Below are positions 1 through 12,538 of a stretch of 64,000 nt of DNA, in pieces (the first letter of the stretch is position 1; each line of letters opens with the position of its first letter). Source of the DNA: Chrysomallon squamiferum. Its lineage: Eukaryota > Animalia > Mollusca. The notes below the pieces were generated by a model. That model was not told the DNA's origin, did not search any database, and was given only the letters and a program-made list of their open reading frames with translations. The stretch spans positions 13,950,001-14,014,000 of the forward strand of contig CM022671.1 of the NCBI GenBank assembly GCA_012295275.1. Direction: 5' to 3'. The position numbers and the translations under genes were made by a program.

Positions 1-2170
1 GTTGAACATTATTGGACGTTTCTTTGGATCCAAAATTTTTTCCAGTGATTGTCAGAAGGGTTCCTCCAGCTGTAGGACCAGATGTTGGTGAAATCTGAAC
101 AAAAAAAAAATCAATATAAGTCTGGATTTTCAGTATAATAGTAAAATTCTGTTTATTGTAACAAGCAGATTGTGTTTATATGTTTTCTGTAAAATGTTGA
201 TGCTCTCAAAATGTCTTTCTGTCACATGTTCATTCTGTTAATAGCTAACATGTTTATTCTATAAATCTACATTTTATTTTTCTCTAACATTCTGAATCTG
301 TTATGATATATTGAAAATGTGGATTTAGTTAATCCAAAATTTCTAATAACCTAGTATTTCAAATAATTCTCTAATTTTCATTTTAAAGAAGAGTAAAATA
401 GAAAATATTATGGAAAGTAGAGAAGACAGACACGTACTGTGAATACAGAAGGAGGACACTCAGCATTACGCCAGTCTGTGATGTGAGAACACTGTTGTGA
501 CTTGGTGCACCTGTCCTTACACCAGCCACACCCAAGAGGGTCATCACTTGAAAGACATGCATCACAGTCAGCATGGACCTGACATGAATCTGTATCAAAT
601 TTAACTACCTGAAATTAATCAAATATTAAAAGTAATTTCTGTCAAAGAATAGATACAGAAAATTCAATCACCTCAAATTGATTAAAGTATTATAAAGTAA
701 TTTCTAACAATAGATATAGAAAATGTAATTTCCAAAAATTAAATATTACAAAGTAGTTTCATCAGAGAATGGATATATCTATGGAAAACTTGACCAGAAT
801 AAATTAAATTTTATGTAAATATTATAAAACCATTTCTATAACAGAACAGATATAAGAAACATGACTACATAAATTAATAATTATTTAAATATTTCAAAGT
901 CAGTTCTATTAGAAAATAGATTAGATGAAGTATTACAAAGTTATTTTTATGCCAGTATGAATAGAAAATTGGACAAACTGAAATTAAACATTACATAAGT
1001 ATTATGAAATTATCTCTGTAGCAGAAATGAAACTATTTATTATGATAAAATTAACAAAATTATCCAAAAAATATTTTATACATCAAAAGTAGATAAATTA
1101 CTGTTATGATTTAGAAGAAGTCACTGAACATTTTGTTATAAAAAAACATTGCAGTGTTTTAAAATTATGAAACAGTGTACACACACAGGCAGAAACACAC
1201 ATACACAAAAAGAAAAAACATGAAAATCAAACAGCTGAAACTTGTGAAGTCAAATATATAAAGAAAACAGGCTAACTAAAACTAGACATTTTTTCTTAGC
1301 AAAATTATGCTTATGATAATGGAAACAGTTTTGTAACAATCAAACCTACTAGAGCAAAAATAAATTTAAAAGAAAATAATTACAATCACCTTATTACCAG
1401 CCAGTAAGTACAAACTGTTTATGTTTCTTCTTATTTCTAAGTCTTTTGAAATCCCTGCCTTTGTACTGATAGTTACATCCACGAACTTCTGTTTAACATA
1501 TTTTCTCTTTCCAACCATACTCACAAAAACCTGAAAAACATCAATAATTATATATTTATATAATATATTTATGTGTGTGTGTGTGTGTTTGGGAATATAT
1601 ATATATGCTTGGCAAAAATAAACACAAGCTTTTGATTGCTTCAAGATATTCACCAAATTATCTCATTTTGTGTGAATTATAAGAACAGTAATTTCATTTG
1701 TTTAATAAAAATTATTAAAAGGTGAGGAGCATATATACAGTAATTTTAAATTATTTGCACCAGAGGTAAATACTCCATATTCACTTTTCGCTATGGAATT
1801 CAAACATTATAATAATATTTTTTTAACAATAGTCCTGTGTATACATACTGAAAAAAGATTCTTAAAAATACCTTGAGAAGACGACCAGATGCTGTTCCCA
1901 GTATGAGTATAACATGTTCGCCAAACACAGTGTCAGTGACAGCACTGATGATGTCATTTTGGTTGTGATAGAGAAAATTGGCTGCAAGACTCTTTTCACC
2001 TTGAATAGGATACTTCTGTTTCATGTCATCACACATGTTTGACAAGTCCTGCAAATCAGAGAGCAACAGTTTTGCATTTATCATCAAACAGCTATTTTAA
2101 TTAACAAAAAAAAAACACATTTGTTTTTAATAATAAACAATTTTAAATAGTTGCTATACACATATTCATA

Positions 2171-2232
<62 letters not shown>

Positions 2233-4956
2233 TTTGATTTCTATTATTTATAACAATTTTGAGTGTCATGGTGCAAACTTGAGGCATAAAAACACTTAAA
2301 AACTTACCAAATTTAAGTAAAGTGTTTTATAATGATTTTTCTGGGCAAAATGGCTGCCAAAGGCACCAGGCTTGGTTTTGTAGTAAATAAACCTCCTACT
2401 ATACATATATTTTTACATATATCAAAATATTAGAAAAAAAGGAGTATTGAGATAAAAAAATATATATATATATATCAGTGTATATATATGTGGAAAAACA
2501 GTCTGAAAAAATACAAGAATGTATCTACTTTGTTTTTGTGCTAGTGTTAGAGGCATGCTGGTTTCTGATTTTAATGGAATAAAATATTTAATTATATTTA
2601 TATTTAATAAATAATAAAAAATAAATAAATAAAGTTTGTTTCAACCGATTTCCTGCAATAACTATAACACACTTGTATGGACAGGTTAGATGAAAACTAC
2701 ACTGTATCTACAGTGTATAAAAAAAATCACTAAAAAAATAATAATGATGCATTTCATACTGGTAGCTAATATTTTAAATATTACGTCACCTAAACTGCCT
2801 TCCAGTCTGTCAAGTTACTGAAATATCCACAGTTTGCCACATGATCAATATTTAATTGGCTCAGTTTAGACAGATTATATCATTGTATGTACAAAGAGGA
2901 TATCAGGAGTAATGTTTTAGTATTAAACTGTTCTTATGATGACTGAGGTACTCATCTATATACTAACTTACCAAAACAAGTCTACTATGGGTTTTTTTGA
3001 GTATTACATCTCATGATCTTGCATTATGACCTATTGTTACCCAGATTTTTAAAGTTTTGGTAGAACTAACGTACTTTGTGATGTAATCGACCATGTGAAT
3101 GGCTCATTAAAGTGGTAACTTTGTAGACAAAAAATAAAGATATAACTGATTCACCTTTTCAAAACTGAAGAATTAAACATAATGTTAATCTCAGATCAAA
3201 GCATGCTTTTCATTACTGATAATGACTGCAAGGCTATAATGCTGAGCATTTCAAAAGATTCAATGTGCATAACTATCATTGAATTTATTGGCTAAACTGA
3301 AATGATAACATTGTAGATATATTACATAGAGACAAGCAGTAAAACCTAAACAATTCCTACACTTTTGAAAGTTTAGTAACATAAAAATCTAATTTCAACA
3401 CTAGACAGTAGCTTATATCAAATATTTTTGATGAAAAATAAAATAACAAATAGATTTGCTTTTTACAATTGTGTGTATAGGTTTAGTGCTGGGATACTAA
3501 CTTAGGGGACACATTTTACAAAATCATTTTTGTATACTACCATTTTTACTGAAATTATTATTACTGAAATGATGCTTGCAAAGGCATCAACCACAGCATT
3601 TATTGAACAAAATGAATTAAATTATGTTAAGTCTTATCTAAATAAATTGGACATACTGTTTCACCTTTTTCCTGGAATGATCAATATATATTGTGTGCGT
3701 GCTTATATATGTGTAGATTAATTGTGTATAACTCAATGTAAACTGAAATTACAAATGTTAATCAGTAATTATATCAGTATTCAAAAATGCTGGCATTGAA
3801 TTAGACATAAAGCTCGAAACAAAATGACATTTAAGCAAATTTGGAATGAATTATTATAAATATATCTATGCTAAACTCTGATACTAACTTTGCATTTATA
3901 AATATCATTTCCAAATATCCATTCTGGCTTAAATCCAGAAATTCTTTCACAGCAATCAAAGATATTCTCCTCAAAAACAGTCTCAATTTCATAGATTCTA
4001 AAAGCACAGACAACAGAACCTGCACTTTGATCAATGACTGATGATAATGGGAGTGATCGAGCAGCAGTGATGTAGAGTGTTGGGTGGTCACCAGACAGGC
4101 TGAAGAAGGCAGCTGTTGCAATGTTGTATGTGCTGTCTCCACATGTCAGGACAGTTTCAATATATTTTCTGTACAACAGATCATCCCTAGAACTTCTGAC
4201 TATTTTGGTTGTTAGTTTCTGATTTGATCTGGAAATATTCTGAATAGTTATAAAATAACTGTAGTTTTTGTGCTGAAAACCATATATGTATGATATTTTA
4301 TAATTTGTTTTATCTTTGGTGTTTATGTCAAGTGCAGATATTAATTTTGCTTCTTGATCATAAACAAAATAACGGACAAAGAAACTTTCTCCACTTTGAA
4401 CAACTGTTCGAGTTGACAAAACATACGGTGACATTTTTAGAGGACGACCATCATATTCTTGACCAACATACAGAATGTTACCATGACTACTATCAAAAAT
4501 AACAACAACAGATTTTTTGCCAGAAATGAAATTCGGTAAGCTATCCTGACAATTATCCTGCACTTTCTGGTGGATTGTTATATTGTTCAAACTGTGTAGC
4601 TGACACAGTCCCTGGTGAACAGAGCCACAAACAAAGAGTTGTTTTTTTCTGTGGTTGATCTCAACTACGTTTATATCATTGTCTGTATTTGTTTTCAAGC
4701 AGTTCTCATCAACAGGCAGACAGGAACTATTGTCAGGGACAGGTCCCATTTTTACTAAGACTTTAAGTCTTAAGTCTTGTGACAGCTGAGCCAAAATGTT
4801 GAGTCCTCCAACATAGACATCACCAGTTTGTTCATTAACAGCAATCTGACTTAGTCTTGTAGTCTCATCAAATGTGTATTCTTCAAGATAACTGTCACTG
4901 TCTGCTCCTCCTCTTTGTAGTAAATGAATCACAAAAAATAATTTTATAAACAACAT
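1..4956 (-). CDS. Sema-PSI-IPT cell-surface receptor (MET/RON-like or plexin-family), 5' part; continues beyond the left edge
   Basis: Coding exons 4956-3889, 2048-1872, 1530-1390, 608-438 and 94-<1 are all joined by phase-0 GT-AG introns. N-terminal hydrophobic signal peptide (MLFIKLFFVIHLL). Sema-type motifs VYVGGLNILAQLS, LFVCGSVHQGLC, YIYGF, YIETVLTC, VVCAF and ILGTASGRLLK. PSI domain CQVHADCDACLSSDDPLGCGWCKDRCTKSQQC...C. IPT/TIG start ISPTSGPTAGGTLLTITGKNFG. Confidence 0.9.
2172..2231. repeat. (GT)n microsatellite
   Basis: About 30 perfect GT units in an intron. Further (CA/GT)n runs lie at ~8937-8970, ~10484-10522, ~20229-20265, 25150-25177 and ~25845-25875. Confidence 0.95.
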
Positions 4957-5779
4957 GTCTTTTCTGCTGTCTTTGTGTAATCAAGGAAACTGATTTCAGT
5001 GATTGCTGAAGATTGTTGGATGAAGGATTAATGTTTATCTCTCAACACAGTTCATTAAAGAACAAATGTCACTGTAAATTCTCAGATTCTTTCTATTTCA
5101 CTTACTTGTAGGATAACTTCTGTTTTCTGTAATTAAACAATGTAATTATTAAAATATAAAAGTAAAAATTAAAAAAAAGGAAGAAAGAAAAAAGAAAGAA
5201 AGAAAAAGAAAGATCAAATCCAAGGAATAAAATTATGAATTTATATTATTGCTGCATAAATATCTTTTTCAAAAAATAATTTCTTTTTTTTAATTTAATT
5301 AAAAAAGAAATAAGAAAAGAAATAAAAAATTGTAAAAACATTTTTTAAACAATTAAAAAAAATCTGTTTTGACAAAAAAAAAAAATAATAATAATCATTT
5401 TATTTAATTGTAATATGTATTATGTATAAACAAATGAATTTATGATTTTCAAGAAATAAAAATATCAAAACAAATAAATGAATAAATAAAAAAGAGCACT
5501 GGTGTCTGTGTCAAAAGGTATAAGTGATTGGCTAGCCATCTCTGTGGATTTCTTGTTTATTTATTTTTTCATTCTTTATCCATCATCAGTTATTATTATT
5601 ATTATTATAGAACACATCAATAAAAAAATATTAAAAATTATTGTCACGCTAAATTTTTAAATATATAAAGATTTATCTATTTATTAAAACAAAATAATAA
5701 TAATAATAATATTTTAAAAGATTCATTTTTCATTTCCATGGATTCTTTATGCAAAAAAAAAAAAATAAACTGCACCTTT

Positions 5780-5990
5780 AAGCCCCGAAACCACGCCCAT
5801 GAGTCCCAAAACATTCTCTCGGACAGTCCGAAATAACTTACAATATTTAATCGCAGCATTTTAGCCCACGCCCTTTTCTGTTCGTCTGGGTTCGCGCCTG
5901 GTCAGAGCCGTATGAAGAAATAACACATAACCCTTCACTTGCTCATACGGGCACACCTATACAACCGATCGGAAACACGACAGTCTTGAG
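5780..5990 (-). promoter_or_regulatory. CpG-containing patch with two CCACGCCC (Sp/KLF-type) boxes and a candidate 5'-UTR exon donor for the Sema-domain gene
   Basis: CCACGCCC occurs at 5791-5798 and 5866-5873. A minus-strand GTAAGT donor at 5841-5836 could pair with a minus-strand TACAG acceptor ending at 5127, upstream of the ATG at 4956. Local CpG density is far above that of the gene body. Confidence 0.35.
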
Positions 5991-6974
5991 ATAACTTGAT
6001 AATTGTGTTTGCATCCGTTGCATGTAAGTGATGAACTAACTACAGTGTCCTGTTTTGATCAACCATGAAGATACAGACTTATCAGGGTTATCAGATTTTA
6101 AGGAGGAAATATATAATATTTGTAACAAAAAATACTTCATAATATCGGTACAAGATAGTATTTTCCGCATTGAAATAAACTTCACACAACTATTCACATT
6201 CTAGAATTTGATAGTTTCATTAACAATTATCATTTTCAGTATACGTATTATTATTATTGTTGCTGTTGTTTTTGTTACTGCTGTTGTTACTGTTACTATT
6301 ATTTTGTGTGTATCTGTATGGGTGCGCGCGCATGCATGTGAAAATAACATAATTGGATTTAATGAAAGGGTAGATTTAAGTTACAAAACGTTATCTTTTA
6401 AACGTATCATATCTGAGACACTAAGCCGTAATTATCCCAGGCAGAAACATTAAACAAACATACCTTTTACTCCAGCATGAAGTATGTCAAGTGTAATCCA
6501 GAGCTTTAACTAAATCATTGTCTACTTTACTTGTAGCTCTCCATAAGAACGTGCTAAGAACAGTAATCCAATTTTGAATAAAATTATCTAAATGACTGTC
6601 TGAGTACATCTATAGATATGCATAAGTGGATATCCCAGAATGTATCGCTAACAAAAGCTTCGTATCTTGTAAGTGTAGATAATGCCATTGTTTCCGTTCT
6701 GACTGTCGCATTTGGGTGAAGTATTAAAAATTTAAATATTTAGTTAAAACAATGTTAAACTGTTCATTAAGAATATGTTATTGACGTTATGATTTGTTCA
6801 TTGTCTTTTTAGGTTATGCTAAATTTTCATTTATTTATTGCATACTGTTGTAAAATTAATTCGACAATAAAAAAAAACAAAAAAACAACACTATTACTAG
6901 TACTAATTATTATTATTATTATTGTAGAAGAAGTTGCTGTGATAGTGATAGTGGCAGTATTAACAATAACAACT

Positions 6975-7045
6975 ACTCAGACGCTGGCGATGGCTTGGCC
7001 GGTCATGGGATCAATTCTGCTCAGAGCCCTTCTCTGGCTCCTTCC
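6975..7045 (+). mobile_element. possible tRNA-derived SINE head fragment
   Basis: GC-richer island with a B-box-like GGTCATGGGATCAATTCTGCTCAG. It does not form a full cloverleaf. Confidence 0.25.
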
Positions 7046-8580
7046 TAATACAACAGTGATTCAAAATCTGTTAACGGACCACATTTATTTATTTATTTTG
7101 TATTTATTATATTAATATTTATTAAACTGCTTATTGCGTTTGGAGGAGCATTTTACATATTTTTATTCATATATATCTAATTTTTTATGTAGTTAGTTAA
7201 AACAACAAATTAAAGTTTTAATTGTTTGGTGGGGAGGTTTACTTTTGTTTTGTTTTTGTTCGTTTTGGTGTTTTTTTTGTTGTGATTTTTGCGAATGTCA
7301 GAATTCGCCGGATTTCTTAATTTTATTAATTTATTTTTGATAATAGGAAAAAGAAAAAGAAGAAAAACCACAACGATAACACCAACAGTAATGGTCGTAA
7401 TAGTAGTAGTGGTAGCGGTATTTAAATTACTTTTATTGTTTTTTATTTGACCTGGAAATGTAGTTTATTTATTATATGAATTTTTGTTATTAAATAATTG
7501 ACATGATGAAGTGGTTTAACTTATTCCACTGTATAAAGAGGAATCCAAGGGAATAAAAAATATATTTTTGATTCGTGTTTGATATAAATGCACTGTGTGT
7601 CCGCCTCTGAGACAGCCGGGTAAACTGCAGTAATCAGTACCAGACCTTATTTAATATGAAGGCAGATGAATCGTTGAACAACAGAAGAAAATCAGAGGAA
7701 GAATGAAGAACGACATCTTGTAATACTTTATTAAAATTAATGGATATTACTTGTCAGTCTTAAATTTTCTTATATAACAGCGACATAAAAGAGGAAATCT
7801 GCTGCTACCACCCAATATGCAGTTCTTACTGATGAGGAGAAAGGGAATGTTATATGTTACTTCCCACAGTCTTGGATAAACGAGGTATCGAGTACTGGTG
7901 GATCGTGAAGAGCTCACCGAATGCACAGAAGAGAAGTGAGAGAGAGAGAGATTTTCAAATATTTCATATATTAAATATGTTATATAAAAAACGAACGAAT
8001 GAATGTATATATTTACATAGATCGTTTTCACGTACAATCGGCTATAACAAATATTTGAATTTATCGGGGGGGGGTTAAAACATTTATTTAGTATAACTGT
8101 ATGTTGTAAATATCGTATAATTAGTAGCAGTAACAGCACGATACGACAAAGTTCTGTGAATGAGCAGACATTAACACACAGAGACATGTATACAGAACTC
8201 ATGGTGATAACTAACAATATTAGCCTAGATGTGTAGTCTCATTATAAAAGTATTACACGAACTGCCAATACATTACAACAAAAGACCAAACCTTTACAAC
8301 ATGGGACGCAAATTACTGTATGTGTTAATTAAAGAGGTGTTAAGGGAAGATATAGGGGTTGGTGTCAAAGGGAGAAACCTTTCTCCTTTTCCAATAACTC
8401 AACAAGTTACACTTAGTAATTTTATATTCATGAAAAAGAAAGAAAGAAGAAGAAGCAGTAGGAGAAAATTCCATTCCAGCAATCTCAATTGAGTATAGAA
8501 TTTGTTTGAATCTTCTTCCTTTTTCTTTTTAATCTTTTTTTTTTCCTTTTATCTTTCCTTGTATTTTCTTTTATTTTTAG

Positions 8581-8619
<39 letters not shown>

Positions 8620-8933
8620 TTTTTTTTTTTTGGGAGGGGGGTAACATAGATGTTATGATTCCACCTCTTGCCTCAACTGGTTTGGTGGCTGTTTAGACGT
8701 TAGTGTTATTTATATAGCGTATTACAAACTACTTTAGATAAACAGAAATAATAACAGTACATTTCGGTGAAGGAACAAGATAGGACAGAATCAGGAACTG
8801 CCTGTTTTTGTGAGTAAATTCTGTTTTACTTTTAATTAGTATTAAGAGGTTTAAGGCCTGAAATGTAAATATACGTCTCCAAAATTACTCTCTCTCTCTC
8901 TGGTAATTATAGACATAAACACTTATATAAATT

Positions 8934-8973
<40 letters not shown>

Positions 8974-10478
8974 ATCTCTCACAGACAAACTAACATAATT
9001 CAATCCATTCGAGCCGTGCAAATATGGTGAACCAAGGCATAATAATTTCCGTATCGTGAACGTAATTAATGCTAATAAATAACGCGATCCATACTGAATC
9101 TAGTTTAAGCTGAAACGGAACTAAATACGAAGGAGTAAAACGCAATCTAATATGATTCATTTGGAAATGGTGACAATGTTTTAAAACATTATACATGTAC
9201 TTTAAAAAAATCACCAAAAATGATATGAAACAAACACCATTCATTTTAATTTTATAATATCTAAACGACTTACAACATAACACATCTCTTATTAAGTTAG
9301 CATAGTTTAAGTTACTCCTAAGTGCGTTGTTTGATATATATATATATGTTCTTCCCTGTTTAAGAGAAGGTAAAAGACGTTTTTCTGTAAGAAATTGTTC
9401 TCAGGAATATTATTCACAAAATATAACCAGTAAATAAATAATAAATAAATAAATCTGGTTCGATTTTATTCCACGAATGCGAATTATAATTTCCCCAAAA
9501 CTGATGACGTAATAATTTTGTAAATAACGTAATTGGTATATCCTTACTTTACTACCTAACGATATAGGAAAATGCAGTGCGCGAAATTGTTGTAAATCTT
9601 ATTTGCAAAAATTAATAGTTAAACAGTTATACCAAACCAAACTATAAGAAACAAGTAAGTGAAAATAATTTAATTATGAAACTAAAAACTCCAGACTGTA
9701 ATATCCAGCAATATAATTTATTGAGAAATCAAGAAATATTTAAAGACATAAGAGAAGTTACCGTGATACGTGAAAAACATGCAGAACTATTTTCTATCTT
9801 TAAAAACATTTCTGTTCATATCTTACAGAATATAAGTTTTTCTTGTTCTTATCATTATCATAATCATCATCGTTATCATCATCATCATCATCATTTCAAT
9901 ATAATAATAATAATAACATTGTTATTATTATTGTTGTTGTTGTTTGCTTTGTTTGGTTCTTGAAGTAGTTGGTGTTTATTTTTATTTTTTTATTTTTTTT
10001 TATTATTATTTTTAATCTGTATTTTTTTTTTTTTTTTTTGAAGATCCCATTAATTTTCCTTTAACTGATTATGCATTTTTTCAACTACATATATTATTAT
10101 TATTATTATTATTGTGAATACAATTTTCTAAATGAAATGAAATTACTTAGCGACCAGAAATTTTTCAAACAGACGTAATCTATCATAAACATTATCTGAC
10201 AGTCGCTGAATGGAAAGGTCTAAAGCGGATGTCGTTAGGTTTAAATAAATTGCCATGTTACTAAAAAAAATGGTGTTAAGGAAATACCAGGCCACAGTTA
10301 AAAAGAGTCTGAATTTTGTATTATATGAATATCTGGTGCACCATTTTATACATATATATATATCATGTAGAATATTTGAAGAAATATAATAATAATAAGA
10401 AGACGAAAAAGAAAATAAACAAAGGAAAATAAAATATATCATATAAGAAAGCAAAGATTATAAATCAGTAACAACATA

Positions 10479-10525
<47 letters not shown>

Positions 10526-12538
10526 CGCGTGTGTATTTGTGTGTTATTAAAAAATTATAAGATGACGAAATGTTCTGCTAGATTTGTCTGTTTAATTATT
10601 ATTATTTTAATTAATTAATTTATTTATTTACGCTTCCTCTGTTGTTTTAGATGGTGAAAATAAATGGTCTACATGAAATATTTTATTTTTCCAAGTTATT
10701 ATTTTAATTTATTTAAGCGACCTATCATACAAAGTATTTCAGTTTGAGAATAAACTATTTTATGTATAAATGTTTCTAAACGATTAAAGAATGACATAAT
10801 TTTATATGAATTTTATTTGAAAAAAAACAAAAAAAACCCAGAAACTGTATGTTTCCTAGATGTCATAGTTTGTTGCAAACAATGTATCATATTTCTTTCT
10901 TTTTTATTTGTTTTTACTGTATTCATTATACTTCGTGAAAAATTAAAACCGTTTGCCAACAAAAAATCAAACAACAAAATTAAGAATAACTCCGATTATA
11001 TTTGTACTATTTCTTTATACTCATCGAACATACTTTAAAACATGGTAACAGCTTTTAGTTCTATTTTTCTATCTGTATATATGTAAAAACGCGTATGTAT
11101 GTATGTGTGTATATATGGGTTTTTTTTGTTTATTCAAAGGCACGCATGTAAGTATTATCAACGTACTAGAGCCAAATTCTGACAACTATTTTTGTAAACA
11201 TTATTCTGCTAATGGAAACCAATGCGTAAATACAGAATTCAGAAACGAGGAGTGCGTCATTATAACGCATTAGTTTCAAGAAAAAATCACTTTCTTTAGA
11301 CAGCAGGAAAACAATTTTTCATGAGTGAACACTGAATACTTCCCGACCATGTAATCGGCGTTCGCCTACAAATCAGTAAAGCATGTATTAAAGCAGGCTG
11401 GAACGTTTAAATGTTTATCTCAGAAAATCTTGTCCGTTTCTGTTATCGAGCAGAGATCAACATTAACTTTTGAAAGTTTTTAATTTTCTGCCATATTTCG
11501 TTCATGTTAGCTTTAGAGCATTTAGTTTAAGAATAACAAAAGAAAGAAAAAATATATGTAAGTATAAATAAAATCAGCATTATCAGTGTTACGAGTATCG
11601 AGTTTATACATATCGCAACATAAATTAATATAATGTGTGCGAAAAATTCCCCGAATTATTGACGTATATCATATATTTATTTTAACCAACCGCAAGATTC
11701 CGAGTATAGGTCGTACGATATTTCGATTTTCTGTTCGTGTTAACTATGGTACCTAAGAAATTTAAGAAAACGTTTTTAACAGTGACATACATGACGCATA
11801 CTGACTGACTAAGGACTCCTGAAAAAATGTACTTCTCATTTTCTGACCGACAGATGTGTTACGAAATGTATGTTTGCTTTATTGTTTCTTAGTTGTTGCT
11901 TTTTATTTTTTTTTATCTTACAATTATGTAAGATATTTGTCATTTAATATGTTTTACAGATTATGCTATGGAATGAATGTTTTCTTTGCTTTTCTTATTT
12001 TGTTCCCGTTTCTTTTAAATGCGAAATATAATTTAATTAATTTCTCGTAATTACTAGATAAGTTGTGACTTAATATATAGCAGAACAGGTCAGTGTAATT
12101 TCTAAATGTGACTGAAAATTTAGTAAAAGCCGTTATTGTGATTTCCAGACGAGTAGTGCCTGAAAATATATTAAAAAGTATTATTATGATTTTTTCATTT
12201 TAATGAATTTTGTAACTAATACATAACTTTATAAATTGCTTAACCTAAATAAATAAAAAAGACACAACCATTTTAAAATAGGGACTTAGACTTTTAGATG
12301 GTTTGATGAATCTCCAGTTAAGTGTGCATTTAGGATTTTTGAAAGCTACTTTAATAGTTCACAGCGTAGTATAATCATGTTCACATTATTTCAGTAAATA
12401 AAGTATTTAGCTTTCAATAAACTTTTAAAATCATCTTTTATCATGTTTTCTTTACTGGCGATTAGGGAATTCACTGAGCGCAAAGCCTCACTGCTCCGAA
12501 ATTTATTGCTTCCTAAACGAGGAAGGAGCTCGAATGAA

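Noticed and set aside
383-598. 71-aa minus-strand ORF from the track
   Set aside because: It is the wrong frame of the real PSI exon (608-438). ORFs 3831-4142 and 4290-4502 are likewise shadows of the Sema exon.
6975-7045. tRNA gene
   Set aside because: Only a B-box-like stretch is visible, with no acceptor stem or anticodon arm. Kept as a weak SINE fragment.
6208-12050. Many 60-156 aa hydrophobic ORFs that look like small membrane proteins
   Set aside because: They derive from AT-rich and (ATT)n/(GTT)n low-complexity sequence. No family motif and no consistent splice chain was found.
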